DNA of 64,000 bases, from contig NC_045696.1 of the NCBI RefSeq assembly GCF_009834535.1, positions 34,970,001 through 35,034,000 of the forward strand, written 5' to 3'. Source of the DNA: Camelus ferus. Its lineage: Eukaryota. Within the stretch, counting starts at the first letter, position 1, and each line of letters begins with the position of its first letter. The notes below the pieces were generated by a model. The model saw nothing but the letters and a program-made list of their open reading frames with translations. It was not told the origin of the DNA and made no database searches. Of this stretch, positions 1 through 13,904 are shown one piece after another. The position numbers and the translations under genes are program-made.

Positions 1-1124
1 AGCACTTTTACACACGTTACCACACTTGAATTCTCATGAAAATCAGTTTGAATTCCCCCCAAACTTATACCCTTGGTAAAACTAGTAAATATAGCAATTT
101 GTGGTGTGAGTATTATTCCTGGCTTCCTTTTATGAATTAGTTTATATATTCTTTATTCTTTCCTCCCTGTAAATTGTGTTATCTTCTTTTAATGATGTAT
201 TCTTAAAAATGTCCTTAATATTTTCCTGAATAAGTTGAGCTCCAATTAAACTAAAAAAAAAAAAAAAATGAAAGCAACAATGCTATTTTAGAATTTAAAG
301 AAACCCACTGAAGTTTAAGTTGAGTCAGTCTACTTGTCTGTACAATAATATAACTAAGGCCTAATGTTGAATAGTTTTCCACCATAGTTTCTCCACAGTT
401 CTTTGTTTTCTGTGTTTATCTTTGTCATCTTGTGCACAAATTAATGCAATCTTTACAGGTAGTTTAGAGGGTAAAAGTGGCTACAGGAAAACTTTCAATA
501 ATAATGTTACCCAGTATTGAGAGGCCAGTGCCTCACGGGATTTTGCCATTACAGAACATGTTTGTGGCTATTTGGGGAAAACCGATCAAGACTTAAAAGC
601 AACCACAACAAAATTAGTCTCCAGCCCCGTCCTGGTTCACTTTTTCTGCTTGTTGGTTCCAAGTCTCCACACTCCCACTGGATCACACTTTTCTTCCAAG
701 AAGGCTCGCCCTTTTCTCCTGTTTATTCTCTTCCTAATGCCAGTTTCAAAAAAGGCTATGCCATCATTCACACATCTTTGGTTAAGCCTTAGTTAAAAAC
801 TGTGGAATGAAGACTTTATAAAATATATTTAATTAATGATTCTAGGTAACAGTAAGCTCTCATGTTTTTAGGCTGAAGCCCTCTTCTGCTATCTCTGAAA
901 TCATTTCACCTTTGCCTCTTTGTCTGGCAGCCTCAAAATTCAGCATCCTCTACATTTGTAGACACTCAGCTCCCTACACCAAAGGGGTAGCCCCCCACAC
1001 CCAGTCTCAGACTAACAACAACCTCAAAACATTGAGCCAGTTTCTAGAATACAGGCATCAGTAAGACACAGCTAGTTTTCAGTAGCTTCTTAAAATGCCA
1101 GTTTAGGAACTCATAGTCATAAGC

Positions 1125-1255
1125 AGTAGTAGGAGTGGTAGTTAACATTCTTTAGTGTTGTGTCAGGTATTATTTTAGAAGCCTTTTCTCATTTAATTAC
1201 TACAAAACTATGACTTAGTATTATACTGTCCCCAGTTTACAGAGAAGATAGTTGA
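1125..1255 (-). mobile_element. MIR SINE remnant
   Basis: Reverse MIR pattern: gttaacattc...gtgtcaggtatt...ctcatttaatt...ccccagtttacagagaaga. Confidence 0.65.
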
Positions 1256-1544
1256 TTTTAAATCATTTTCTTTGGAGAAATTTCGTTCTTTGTATTATAT
1301 CTGTATTTATATTTATTTCTTTATATAAGTACATGAATATAAATATATATGTAAGTAGACAGACTTCTACATATAAAAGTTTAACTGAAGAGTTTGTGTA
1401 TATCCTTCAAATTTGGTTCCATCAACTTTAGCAGAGCATCTTTGAGGAAAAAAAACTATATGCTTTCTTGCTGTTTCTATAGCTTACTTTACTCAAAAAT
1501 CGAGCTCCTTTTGAAACTTCTGAAAGAAGCTGACAAACCAAATG

Positions 1545-1730
1545 TCGCGAATCTTTAAATGGCTGTATTGTGTTCAAATATTTATGGGATGGCAGAAGAA
1601 GTTCCAAGAAAGCAAGAAGCAGGAACTCAAGCAACAATTGGAGATTTTAGTTTCTGAGGGATGTGAAGGTTCTGAAAGTCAGTAACTGGGTTCCCTGTCA
1701 TTTACGAATGCCCAGGAGACCATAGAGAAG
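1545..1730 (+). mobile_element. CR1/L3 LINE 3' remnant (very decayed)
   Basis: gtgttcaaatatttatgggatggcagaagaag and gggttccctgtcattt resemble the L3 3' region. Confidence 0.4.
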
Positions 1731-2190
1731 ATGTGAAGTTAAAAGAGACAGCAATCAAAGGGAAGCAGGCAAGCGGATGTTGGAAAGGCTTACGGAAGTT
1801 TAAGGTGCATTACAGGAACCAGCACATGACCAGGCTGTAGGCTACTGAGAAGGACAGAACAGGATTACTGATAAATTCTATCCAATTAGGAACTGACAGC
1901 ACATTTTGTAATTTTAATTCTTCCCTGATAGTCTCCGAAAATGTGTCGTTTAGCTTCATAAAGAAAGAAGTGTTTATGGAAGGAAGAGCAGAAATAGGGA
2001 AATTAAAATCTATTCTGGATCTCTGAAGCATTTTACCTGGTTTAGACACCAGTTCAAACTTTAACGTGGGTACCAAAATAAATGGGGTGGCAGGGCAGAA
2101 AGAGAAGAAACTCTTTTATACCTCAAAGTTCTAGTAGCCAAGAAAAATAATAATTTATACTTGCCTTTAGTGTACTGTATTAGTTAAAGA

Positions 2191-2360
2191 AGCAAATTCT
2201 TAAAGTGGGAGACCGAGAGCCACAACATCGGGGAATTGGCTAAAAATGCAAATATTTAGGTCCCACTCTAGACTCTCTAAATCAGAAACCTTGAGGTCTG
2301 GTCATTGGATGTGTTTTAACAAGCTCTCCAGGTGACTGTGATGTATGCTGAAGTTACTCT
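2191..2360 (+). mobile_element. MER5A (hAT-Charlie non-autonomous DNA transposon)
   Basis: ttcttaaagtggg...aaaaatgcaaat...aatcagaaacct...tgtgttttaacaagctctccaggtgactgtgatgtatgctgaagtt follows the MER5A consensus order. Confidence 0.85.
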
Positions 2361-2379
2361 AAACTTGTTTCTACACTTG

Positions 2380-2700
2380 GTTGAGGTAACACTTGGTGCT
2401 ATTGTGGACAAACCCCCAATCTCAATGGATTAAGACAATGAGAGTAAATTTCTGCTTAGGAAAGAGCTCAAGGCTGGTGTGGCTCCTTGAGGAGCCTTCC
2501 TCCTAGGATACACCATCTACTTTGTGCCTCTGCCATTTATCACAAGGCTCTGCATATCTCGGGAGTCATTTCTATTGCGGTCATCAGGAATGAGAATAGC
2601 GTTACTTTAGCTAACGTTCCTTTGGCCACATTCGTCTACCTGCAAGGCAGGCTGGGGAAATATAGCCTTAGTTTGTGTCTAAAAGCACAAGGAAGCCAAT
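2380..2700 (-). mobile_element. MLT1-family MaLR solo LTR
   Basis: acaaacccccaatctcaatggattaagacaa and ctacctgcaaggcaggctggggaaatatag motifs typical of old MLT1 LTRs. Confidence 0.65.
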
Positions 2701-3397
2701 TCCAATAGCTAGCTGACTTTGCCATACACATCAATTTTTTTACTTGTTTCTCTATTGAACTATACAATTTTTCTATTCTCATAGGTCCGTTTATTTGCAA
2801 CATTCGTTCATAGCCTATTTAAAATTCTAACACTCTGAATGATCTTGGATACTATGGTATCTCCTTAAAAATTTCATAGATAATAATTAAGAGCAGCCTG
2901 TTTTTTGAACCTTGTCATTTTCAGCTTTAATGTTAAGTTCTCAGTTTCAGGTTAAACTGGCTTAATCAGTAGAATTTATTTTTTCTCTAGAAATTAAAAA
3001 AAATATTTTTCATTTATTTTATATGCCAATAACATAAAACTGTGCTCTGTACACCCCCATATGAGCTGGAAGAGCCAGAAACACATTTTAATAAACTCTA
3101 CTGTCATTACGAAGATTAGAAACACTGTCTTTAGACAACACACCAACTGCATGGGTAAGTCTCCTATCCTGTTTCTTCAAAGAGCACTCTTTGCTTTTTC
3201 CTTCATTTTTGGATTTCTGCCAGAAGAGAAAGATCATGTTATTTAACTTGGTCTTTGGAGAGATATGACAGAGCTGGTAGATAATTTAATAATATTGCTT
3301 GACCTCTTTGTCATATTGATTTATTTATTTACTTATTGAAGGGGAATGTATACACTGGCATGCCCTCTTAAGTGAGGTTATAGAATCATCCTCGGAA

Positions 3398-3440
3398 TGC
3401 GTGTGCGTGTGTATGTGCGTCTGAGTCTCTGTGTGTGCGT
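3398..3440. repeat. Imperfect (TG)n microsatellite
   Basis: tgcgtgtgcgtgtgtatgtgcgt...gtgtgtgcgt. Confidence 0.7.
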
Positions 3441-4463
3441 CTCGCTGAAGTAGACATTTGACTAGTCTAGATACCACAGCAAACATTTTTAAATCACTAT
3501 GATTTTAAGATTTTATTCTAAAACCATTTACTTTGCTCAGCTGAATGCCTATGAAAATATTATGTCTGCATTTAAAAATAAGAAAATATCACCGATTATG
3601 AATCTAAAATATCTCAGGTCCCAGGAATTCTTTTCGTGACCCAGTCCTGCATTTCTAACTGATATCTGTCTCTCTTGAAATTGTGTGCATTTAAAAATTT
3701 TTGCCTAGACTGGTCATTTAGATTCTTAATTACATATATTCAGTTAAAATTGATATAAATACCTATATAAAATTTATATACTCTGGTTTTGTGAACTTAA
3801 AAAAATCACCCCCTAAATATTATAGTTTTTGGAATAGTATCATTTCCTTTAATTCAAATGTTAATTCATCACAAAATACTGTTTTATTGAGAGTTCAAGA
3901 ACTGATACATTACACAGAACAAAAAGCGTTTCTTTAAGTGTTGCAATACTGACAGCATCAGTAAATATTTATTGAATAACTGTAAAAGATTATTGCCCCA
4001 ACATTGATTGGCCTTAAGTGGTTTATGTTACACTTGGTTTTGCTGCTCAAAGGCAAATATAAATTACGTAAATAAATATGTAGAATAAATAAATAATATA
4101 TGTTTACTATATTCAGGGTAGATTTGACAGTTTGAGGAATTAATCTGTGGCCACATACCATGATATGTGTATATCTACCATCATTTTATAGGTTTCTCAC
4201 TTTAGGACTAGCTTTCCAGACATGGTTTATTACTTCCTGAGTATTTTCCTTCCTATTTAAGTAAGCTCCCACTAATTGTGCAGTGGGAATAAGCTTATAA
4301 TTGTGAGCTATAATTTTGTATATTTGGTCAATTATAATAAAGAATTCAAACCAAATCTGTATTGGTAGGCAACTTTTTGATTACCTTTATGCTTTCCTCT
4401 TGATTTTTCTTACTGTAGTTATATAATTGTGCAAAGCAAATCATAGCTTTCCTTTATATTCTT

Positions 4464-4996
4464 TTTTCTGTTTGCTTAGCTTTTGAAAAGTTTTTTTTAA
4501 TTTTTTTTATTGAAATGCAGTTGATTTACAATATTAGTTTCAGTTATACAGCAAAGTGATTCGGATATATATATATATATATACACATACATACATACAT
4601 ATATTTTCAGTTTCTTTTCCATTATGGCTCATTATAAGAAATTGAATATAGTTTCTTGTGCTATACAGTAGGTCCTTGTTTTTTATCTATGTTATATATA
4701 GTAATGTGTATCTGTTAATTCCAAACTCTTAATCTATGCCTCACTCTCCATTCCCCCACTGGTAACCACAGTTTGTTTCCTATATCCGTAAGCCTATTTC
4801 TGGAATGGATAAAGAAGATATTCCATTATGTGTATATACACACACATAAAAAAGAATGAAATAATACCAATTGCAGGAACATTGATGGACCTAGAGATTA
4901 TCATACTTAGTGAAGTCAGACAGAGAAAGGGCAAATATCATATGATATCACTTATATGTGGAATTCTAAAAAACAGATACAAATTTTATTTACAAA
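4464..4996 (-). mobile_element. Artiodactyl-type L1, 5'-truncated with 5' inversion
   Basis: 4464-4803 is the T-rich tail plus L1 3'UTR on the minus strand; 4804-4996 is the ORF2 C-terminus on the plus strand (KKNEIIPIAGTLMDLEIIILSEVRQ); TSD tcctttatattctt (4450-4463) / tcctttgtattctt (4997-5010). Confidence 0.9.
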
Positions 4997-5249
4997 TCCT
5001 TTGTATTCTTGACTTCTTTTAAGTAAGGAATTTTTTATCTGAATTTTCCCCAGAAATTAGTGACTTCATTAAGCCACCAAAGCATGACCTAATTAGTTTC
5101 ATTCTCCAAATAAAGTTTGAAGCCATCAATTTGTACAATTTGTAAATGCCACTTTTTATTTTTCCACTACCACTCTGTCTGACTTATGCTAGATATAACT
5201 TCTGCAGTCTTTTGTTTTCCTGCATATCTATACACTATTTAAGATAGCA

Positions 5250-5460
5250 GACAAAAATCCTTATGTTTCACATACTTTGTATTATTTTTACAATATTCCA
5301 GTGAAAAATAGTAACTCTCCATCTTTTGGCCATTTCACAGATGAGGACTATTGAGGAACAGAGATATCAAGTAACATATCTACTAAGGGGCACATGTGAT
5401 CAGTGGCAGGGTACCCAAACCCCAAATTCTCAAGACAGGGTCTATTTTAGTTAGATCATG
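5250..5460 (-). mobile_element. MIR SINE remnant
   Basis: ccatttcacagatgaggactattgaggaacagagatatcaagtaac...cagtggcaggg = reverse MIR core. Confidence 0.75.
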
Positions 5461-8229
5461 TGACTACTTCAGTAAAGTTATATCTCACTTTTTCTGTCTA
5501 TTATTTTTAAACTATTGAAAATTGTTGTGAATTTTATATCTCAAAAAACACTCCAAATTTTTATGAATTTCTGAACAAAAGAATTTCAAGTAAAGGGAAA
5601 ATGAGAACAATAATCTCCACTTCGACAAATGGATGATTCTCAGAAAAGAAAGTTAGTTCCGTTTGTAAAGTTTGATGCCCAAAAAAGAAGAATTAAACAC
5701 AGATTTTTAAGCTGTATACATTAGTGTAAACTATTGACACTAATTATGCAACATTTCTGCAATATTGTTTAGACTAGTTTAGAACTATTGGACCCTTGCA
5801 ACAAAAGCTTTAAATGCTCCTCAAAATTTATGGTATTGAAATACTCAAATTTCAGCTACAACCATTTTTCCTAACTTGTTTTTAACTTGTTAAAAATTCA
5901 GGCATGGGCAACAGATGTGTTTTTGGAAACTTGAAGATTCATTCTAATTTTATATATGAGTTTTAAGTCCTGAGAAGAACATATTTGAAACTTCTATATT
6001 GCTTTACACTTTGAGTGAGCAGCCCCAATTAACTTTAAAATAGAGAAATGAAAGCACCCTTACTTTCCCATTAGATTCTATAAAATATCAAGTCTGGACT
6101 AGATATAAGATTTTAGTACTTTAAAATACCCAAGGGTACAAAATAGACGATAAATGTGCTCATTAAATATACGTTTAGAGTGCTGTTTGACTGAATATAT
6201 TTATAATAAACTAAATGTTTTATATTCAATGCAAATTTGGAATACCCAATATCATGACAGAAGAGTAAGTGGAGATGTTGGCTATGGAACAGACTTGAAA
6301 GATAATTATTTTGTGATTACCTGATTATCTTATCATAATGTTTGCATGAAACTGAAAAGCATATAGCACTTACTGAGGCCAATATAGATGTCTTTGTATC
6401 TTCATTGTTTTATGATACATTACAAATATATAAAAAAAGTCTAAGTAGTGACAATTTGGTTGATATTTTGGTCTCTTGAAGAAAATGAACCAGAAAAAAA
6501 ATCTATTAATTTAAAAGTAGATAAGTATACTCAACACTCTTCTCCTTGATAGTCACTTTAGAGGCATACATCGCAACACATTAGCCTCTCTGGTTTCTGA
6601 GGGCACTGATTTGTATTATCTGCCGATTCTTACTTCAAAAGTCCTTTCTGGAGATAACCGAATCTACTTAATTTAGTCTTTCATTAGTATTAATTTCATT
6701 GATTTTGTTTTAGTTTCTGAATGCCAAACCTAGAACCAGGAGCATTTAAAGCTCTAACACTCAAAAGCTTCTCAATGGAAAGTTTTTTTATGAGAAAAAC
6801 TGAAAAAAAAAATTAAGAAAGTGAACTCTTTTCCACTTTGAAAACTAATGCTTTCTAGTTCCCAGATTGAAGTGGATAGCAGGTATTTTTGATCGTATTT
6901 ATAAAATTACACATATTTCTAGCACCTAGACATATACGCTAGAAATTGTATGATGTTGTACAAACTTGCATCACTATTTGTTAGAAATGTTTTTACTTCC
7001 TAAGAATCAGTTATATCCATATTCAAATATAAATACAAAAATAGTTTCAAAGTTGTATATAAATAGAAATGTCCCATTTACGTCTCTCCATCTACAAGGT
7101 GTCAATAATTACAGCCACGGGCTGTGCTTACGTTAAGACACAGATGCCTATAATTGTGTCTTAAGAAATAGGATTCTATAACTTTTTTCTTGAATTGTTT
7201 TACACTCTTGCTTGCATCATTCAACTTGTCTCTCTGCAAAATGGGGCAAATGAGATGCTTCACAGCTATTTCACCCCAAGATGTTACGAGGTGGACGTTT
7301 GGATGATCTACTAAAAAAGGTCAATTATTGTTGGAGTAATCCATATAAACTAATGTACTCCACTAGGGTTATGTTAGTAATGGAGCCCAACTATATGAAA
7401 AGATGATTTAGTGATTTGAAGAAACAGATTTTTTTCCTCTGGAGAGCGGTTTTCTCCCTCTCAAGGTAAAACTCTCTTTAGCATTTCAGATTTTATAAAT
7501 TTTTTCTTAAGCTCCACTTTAAGGAGCATGAGGCAGGGGGCAAGCCATGATGGTTGGTTGGACACCACAAAACTATCAATGATTCACAATTTAAAGGCGT
7601 GTTTAGTCACTTTCATATGTGTTTCTTAGTATACTTATACTGTTCTGTCACTAACCATAAATTTATTAGGTAGTATTTGCCTCTTTTAATAATGGGACAG
7701 AAAGAATGCATCAATTTGAAATAAGTATACAAAGCTAGAATGCTCATAGTCATGTATTAAGTAGTAAGTGCTGAAGGAAGATAGTGCCAAATCATTGGCT
7801 TTTTGGTGGTCTCTAATTTTTATATTACTTGATTCAAAGCTACTTGTGGCAGAATATGAGATTCAGGAGGAGAGACAGGATAATTTACCAAGTGCTTCTT
7901 TTTCTTTTAAATATTTTACAAAGTCAAGTAACTTTTCCATCCTTTTAATATTATGATTTTATAGACATTAGATTATATTGACAGTTTAAATAAACTAGCC
8001 TCTAAAATAAAACAATTTTATGACATTTGAATGGGTTTTCTTGTTGCTAAAGCAATAAGCTTCACTGATACAAATCTGAGAGTAACATATGGTCTCAGCC
8101 TTAGGCCAGGGTGTTCCTTTTGAATTATTCCAGGCTTTTCCTTATAGCACTGTGCTTCAAACATGAATCCAATTACCGACTGCAGTCAGGCAATTGAAAG
8201 GCTGCAGAAGAAATACTCTAATAGATGGG

Positions 8230-8600
8230 GCGGGGGGTAAAGGACTATGATTTGTGTGGTAATCAGCAAGAGAAGGTCAATTGTAATAGAATAGACTGGT
8301 TTCCAAGACAGAGCTAATGTAGGATGCCTTCCACTCTATTGAGGGATGCTATCAATAGATTTGTTGGTTTCATTACCAAGAATGTCACTTACTGACAAGA
8401 TGAATAAAGGAAGTGTGAGGAGGCCTGTTGATGGATCAGGTGATTAAAACCTAGGTTGTGGTGAGCAATTAGCAAACCGATGACCTTTTCTTGAGGGCTG
8501 GGAATAGGAGGTTAAAAGAAAGGTGCTATGTAAATGTCTACCTGAAAAGGATAGTTTTATGTTCTGTAAGATTTATGTTCAAACTGTAGGATTCATAATA
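8230..8600 (+). mobile_element. CR1/L3 LINE ORF2 C-terminal remnant
   Basis: Decayed matches, in the expected order, to CR1 ORF2 C-terminal motifs (..NRS.VSR, LPLY = cttccactctat, MIRGL = gatcaggtgatta, YLK = tacctgaaa). Confidence 0.5.
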
Positions 8601-11600
8601 GGCAGGCTGAATAAATATGCATCTTGCCAAGATGCAGTTTTTTTTCTTTTGCTCTAAGTTGTTGAATTTCTTCTCAACAGAGAAAACATAAATGCAAAAG
8701 AATGCCTACTGGTCATACCACATATTTTTAACAATGTAATTCCTTAAATTGTAGTAAAGATAGTAGCTTGTAAGAGAGAATTCATTCAGTTCATGGGGTC
8801 TCTATTTTCCTTTGAGTTCTGAGTCGAGTTAGTCTCAATAGTCAGATGATTCTTCTTACGAATCATAGTAAAAGCAAAACAAATGGCACTGTGAATCTAA
8901 TAGTCCAAAAGGCTTTTACGAGAAATAGCAGATGTGTTTTTATAAAGATAAATCCTAGGCCCAAGGAATGACTTACCAGAGGCTAATCTCATCCACGTTC
9001 CTGCCTCCACTCCTTGGTGCTAGCCCATCAGACTACGAAGCAGTACTTCCTTTTTTTTTAAAGCTTGCTCAAAGGCTCTGTTTCTGCCCTTCAATCAAAA
9101 AATGAGTGCACTTTGCTGCAGCTATTGGGCTACTAGCAGATCACCCTCAACTACTGCACATAAATTGCTATGGAAAGAAGCAGAGAAAAATTAAAGCCTA
9201 ACAATTTAAATAAATAATACTGCAATTGAAAAGCTTACTTGATTACACATAAAATAAGGGGGAAATGCCCCCCTTCTTCAGTAGCAAACCTTTGTGAGTC
9301 TTGACTTTAAAGGAGTGTTCAAATCCTAAAGGCATACAATACTTTCAAAACAGTAATAACTTCATTGAGTGAGGCTCTCCCTGATTGCAAGCACTCATTT
9401 ATACCTAATCATCAGCCCGAACTCAAAGTTTTACAGTGAATTACTGAGAATGCAAAAAGAATCTGAGATGCAGTCAGTATTAAGGATCTTTTATTGAGAA
9501 GACTGATTGCTGTTAGGACAAAATACACCTGTGCAAGCTCTCTAAAATTTCAGTTAAATCTATCAAAAGCCGTTTAGCTAATAAAAAAAAGCCACTGTGT
9601 TAATAGAGCCATCCGTGGCTTTCTGGCACATCCTAAATGAAGGATGTCTTTGGTTGTGGTCCTTACAATGTGGAGCTGCCATCTGTTCACCATATCTGAT
9701 CGCTGTTCATTCCGTAAGAGCTCTGTGGCTGCCAGCACTTAGGAGAGATTAGCTGACGCCCAAGGATCTTGATGCTGCACTTTCCCTGGGCAGTTAGAAG
9801 AGGAGACAGTCCACACGAACTTCAAGAGGCAAAGATATGTCTTGTTAGCAGCTGCGTTTGAATCAAGCTTTAGAGCACAACAAAAGCCTACATATCTGTC
9901 TCCAGGACAAAGAGAAAGGTTTTTCAGGCTGATGTCTGAGGAAGAAAACAAAGTTATTTTCTAACATGATCTTTTCTACTGCATTTTCTACTGGAAATCA
10001 GGTTCAACATTTTTCTGGAGCAGGACATTTCATGGTTAGAAAAAGACAAGTTTTTAATTGCCTTGTCACGTGCTTTCCTCAGCAATTTCTTTTCCCAGCA
10101 GTTACAACTGCCTTTTATTGGTTATTTGGTGAGCACAGCCCCTGGCCCCAGCGCAGATTTTAATTTTTAAACATCAGGCTGCTGGCGATGCTTCTTCTGT
10201 TGGTGTGAAGGGACACTCTTCGGGATTCTTTGACTTCCTCAAGCAATTTTATTTCCTATTACAAATTTGAGATGATGTTCCTATTAATCATTTTTGAATA
10301 GATCATTCAATAGACTTGTATCCTCAAAGAGTGATTTTCTTAACAGATGAGTTAAAGAGACAAGGATTATATATAACTAATCTTCCCTTCTCTTTCTGAC
10401 CTATATATTTTTTAAGTTGCACACAGGTTTTTATCAAGTAAAGCAGAGTTAATGATAATGTTTGTTCTGCGATATAATACCTCATATTTTCAATGAAATT
10501 CTGTTTTTTTTATTATCTTTTCTTACATCAAACTTTTTACATAGGTGTACTCAGAGCAAGCTTTCTTTATATAAATTTCAACTCAAGTAAATACTAAACT
10601 GTATATGATGTTTTCATAATTTCCTGTTAATCTACTATTGGTCAAGAGACAAATACAGGATGTTAATTAAACACATCAATTGCATGTTTAAATAATAGGA
10701 ATTTAATAAATTTTAAAAAGTTTCCCTAGTAGAAGACATAAAATTTCCCATGGGCCTTTAATATACAATCAATACTGTTGATTAACTTTTTTTCCCTTCA
10801 GTGATCAAACTAGAGAAAGTATGTGGTATTTAGAGGGCATTTTAACTGGCACACAAACATGACCAAGAAAATCTCATCACTCAGAAATGAGGACTCCACA
10901 AAGGACGGCTGGTCATGCTGCTGAATGCTGACATCAGTAGTGTCTGCATGGCAGCAAAGGAAAACCCCATTTTGTAGGACACATCTCAGAGAGCTGAGTC
11001 ACCAATCAATAATGCCATGCATTTGAAGCCAAGTGAGTCAACTTCACACAAGAATCTTCAAGTATCAAACAAGGTTTTCACAGTGATAGGATAGAGTTAA
11101 AAGTTCTTAAAAAGACTGATTAATTGTGTAGGAAATGTCTTGCATGTGAGAGTAATACATGACAAAACTATAAGTTGTGTAATAAATTTTATTTTAAACA
11201 CTTCTCCAAACACTATGATTATATCTCTCCCCTTAATAGTATATTTACACAATTCAATTCCTCCTCCTAAAAATTAAAATTTAGACTCTTTTATCTAATT
11301 TCTAACTCTGACACAATTTGTATTATCTAAAGCCAAATGGCTTATTATTAATCATCAAATGAAATAAATCAAAGCACAGAAGTGAATGCCAATTAATTGG
11401 TCATAACCAAAGAAGTTTTTCTCATCTAGTTTCCTGGAAGTAGAGCTTGTGAGGGGAGACTACAAAGCTACCAACTTATATAATGAAAACTCTTCGAAAA
11501 AGACAGAATAAGCCCTGAGCATTGATTACACACTGCAGGGAAAAGACTAACTGGATTAAAATTCTGAAAGAGAAGGCTTAAGTTTGAAAATGGAAGTTGC

Positions 11601-13904
11601 CATTATGATGTTTATTCAGGGAAATAAGAAGTCAGAGGCCAAACCTTCCAGGATATGAGTTCAGATCTTCAAATAACAGCATTTGAGAAAGGAGGTGAAA
11701 ATAGTTCTAAAGGCCAGCATATAATATCAGATATATCAACACTTCCTCAGAAGATTGCAGAATTAAAAAAGAAAAGAAAAGGAAAGAAAAGAAAACCCCA
11801 ATGCTAAATCAGTTAGTTCACCAGAATTAAAGAGTTCACTCCATCTCATAGATGCTGAAACAATTTACATGACTTTAACTTAGTTCCTTCATTTTATGTC
11901 ATAAACTTAAGTGTCCCCTAGACACTTGAAAATTTGTTCAGCGCAGGCAAAACAAGACTATACAAAGCATGGTTCTGAACACTAGGGTTTTCAGTCTAGT
12001 AAAGGGGTACAAAGAAAACAACATAAAAGGTGACCTGTGATAACTTCAAAGGAAAATTCTAAAAAGTAGTACAAAGTCAGATTATAGCAATCACTTTAGA
12101 AAATACAATTTGTGAATTAATTTTTTTTTCTTTGAAAGACAGAACTTCCAAATACTTGGCTTCCTTTCATGTCCTACTTATTTTCTTTATCTATTTACTT
12201 ATTTTTGTAAAAAAGTAGAGTATTTTCCTCCAAGGTTAAGATTATGATGCTTATATATTCTACAGTCATTATGTAAATCACCCAACAACCAGGTAGAAAA
12301 TAGCTTTCTACTTTTGATTCTGTAAATGGTAGTGGTCCATTTCCATCTTTGACTCTGGACATGGTTGATGCTTTGCTCCATCAGAGGTCATCTGTGCTGC
12401 TGAAACAGTGTGGAGATATTTATTCAGTTGTTGCATATTAGTTCCTCAGGAGTTAAAAGATCTGAACAAATACAAAGTCTTACACTACATTATATTACCC
12501 TTTATTAGTGGGAAATTCAAGTCTAGAGATCAGAATTAAGCCAGTCTCTAAAATCTACTTGTTCAATGAGAGGGACCCCAAACTGACCTCTGAACACGTT
12601 GTATTAGAAGGATTTTACCCTTGTTACTAATTAAATAACTTGTATTGTCATTATTTTCCTTTAGAGTCAAGTTATGACATCAGCTGTCTCAAGGAACCTG
12701 AGACAAAGAGGAACTCAAAGACAAATAGAGTCAAGTTCCCACTTAAGTAGGAAGAATATATTTTGCATACGAAGGTCCTGACATTTGGCATCCAGTGGGC
12801 AGTAGCTTATTGTGATTCATATGCCAGTATATCACATGTCAAAGGGCTTTTTGTTGAAGTTTAAAGAGGGCAAAATGAAGGATTTATTAAAACTCAAACT
12901 TTTCAGATGTTGGTTACCTGCTCTTCCTAAGGCAACTTACCGAAGAACCCCAGAGAGCAAGAGAATCAGCTCGAAATGTCGTATTTTCTTGGTGGAGTGT
13001 CTAAGTATACACTGACCAGTATACAGAAGGATTTGACATGTTCAACAACCTTGGGATCAGTGTTGGGTAATCGTTTTTTGGTCATCACATATCATACATC
13101 TGCTGCTTCTGCCCTGCCTTTCTTGTATATCTATTATTAAATGCCTTCCTGTGCAAATATATTCACCCATTGCATGGAGAAGGATGATTACCATAATGAT
13201 TCTGAAAGTGTTCTCATTTCAGAGAGAAAATTCTATTCCTCAAGGGCACATAGTTTTGCCCCTTCATATATGTTTTTGGATTCCCAATATAAATATATTC
13301 ATCTCCCCGCCCCCTGAAATTATTAATGACACTTTTGCAAGGCTAAGCTATATCTGCTTTATAAAAAGTCTTAATTTTCTTTGTTACATCACAGCTGCAG
13401 AGTAACCATAGCAACCAACTTAAGAAATAGAAATAGTTATTACTATGTGCCTTCCAGGTCTAGAATGGGCAAATGGGGGAAATGCTATTAAAATACATTA
13501 AAGAAAAGAAGTTCTCTCAGTTTGACAAATATCTTCACTTTTTGACATTGCCCTTGTGATCATTTTGTTAAGTAAATCATTACTAAAATCAAAAGTAAAC
13601 ATGTCTAATTATATATTCTACACTACAATATAGTGAATCATTCAAAAGCAATGAAAATAATGTCAGGCTCACAGATAAGGCCAAAGGCGACCTGGTTTTG
13701 TGGGTACAGTCCTCACTTTTGAAGACTCGGGCGCTTTGGGTAGTTCGCTACAGAAGAGCAGGGGTATTTTGGTCTCTGCTCTCTAAGCAGTGTTAGGATA
13801 TCATACTCTAATCACTTTATTTAAAAAAAAATTTAATCACTTTAAACCAAAATCTTTCGGGATCTTCTTCCCTAGTTTTCCTATGGTTTCAGGTCATGAT
13901 CTGC

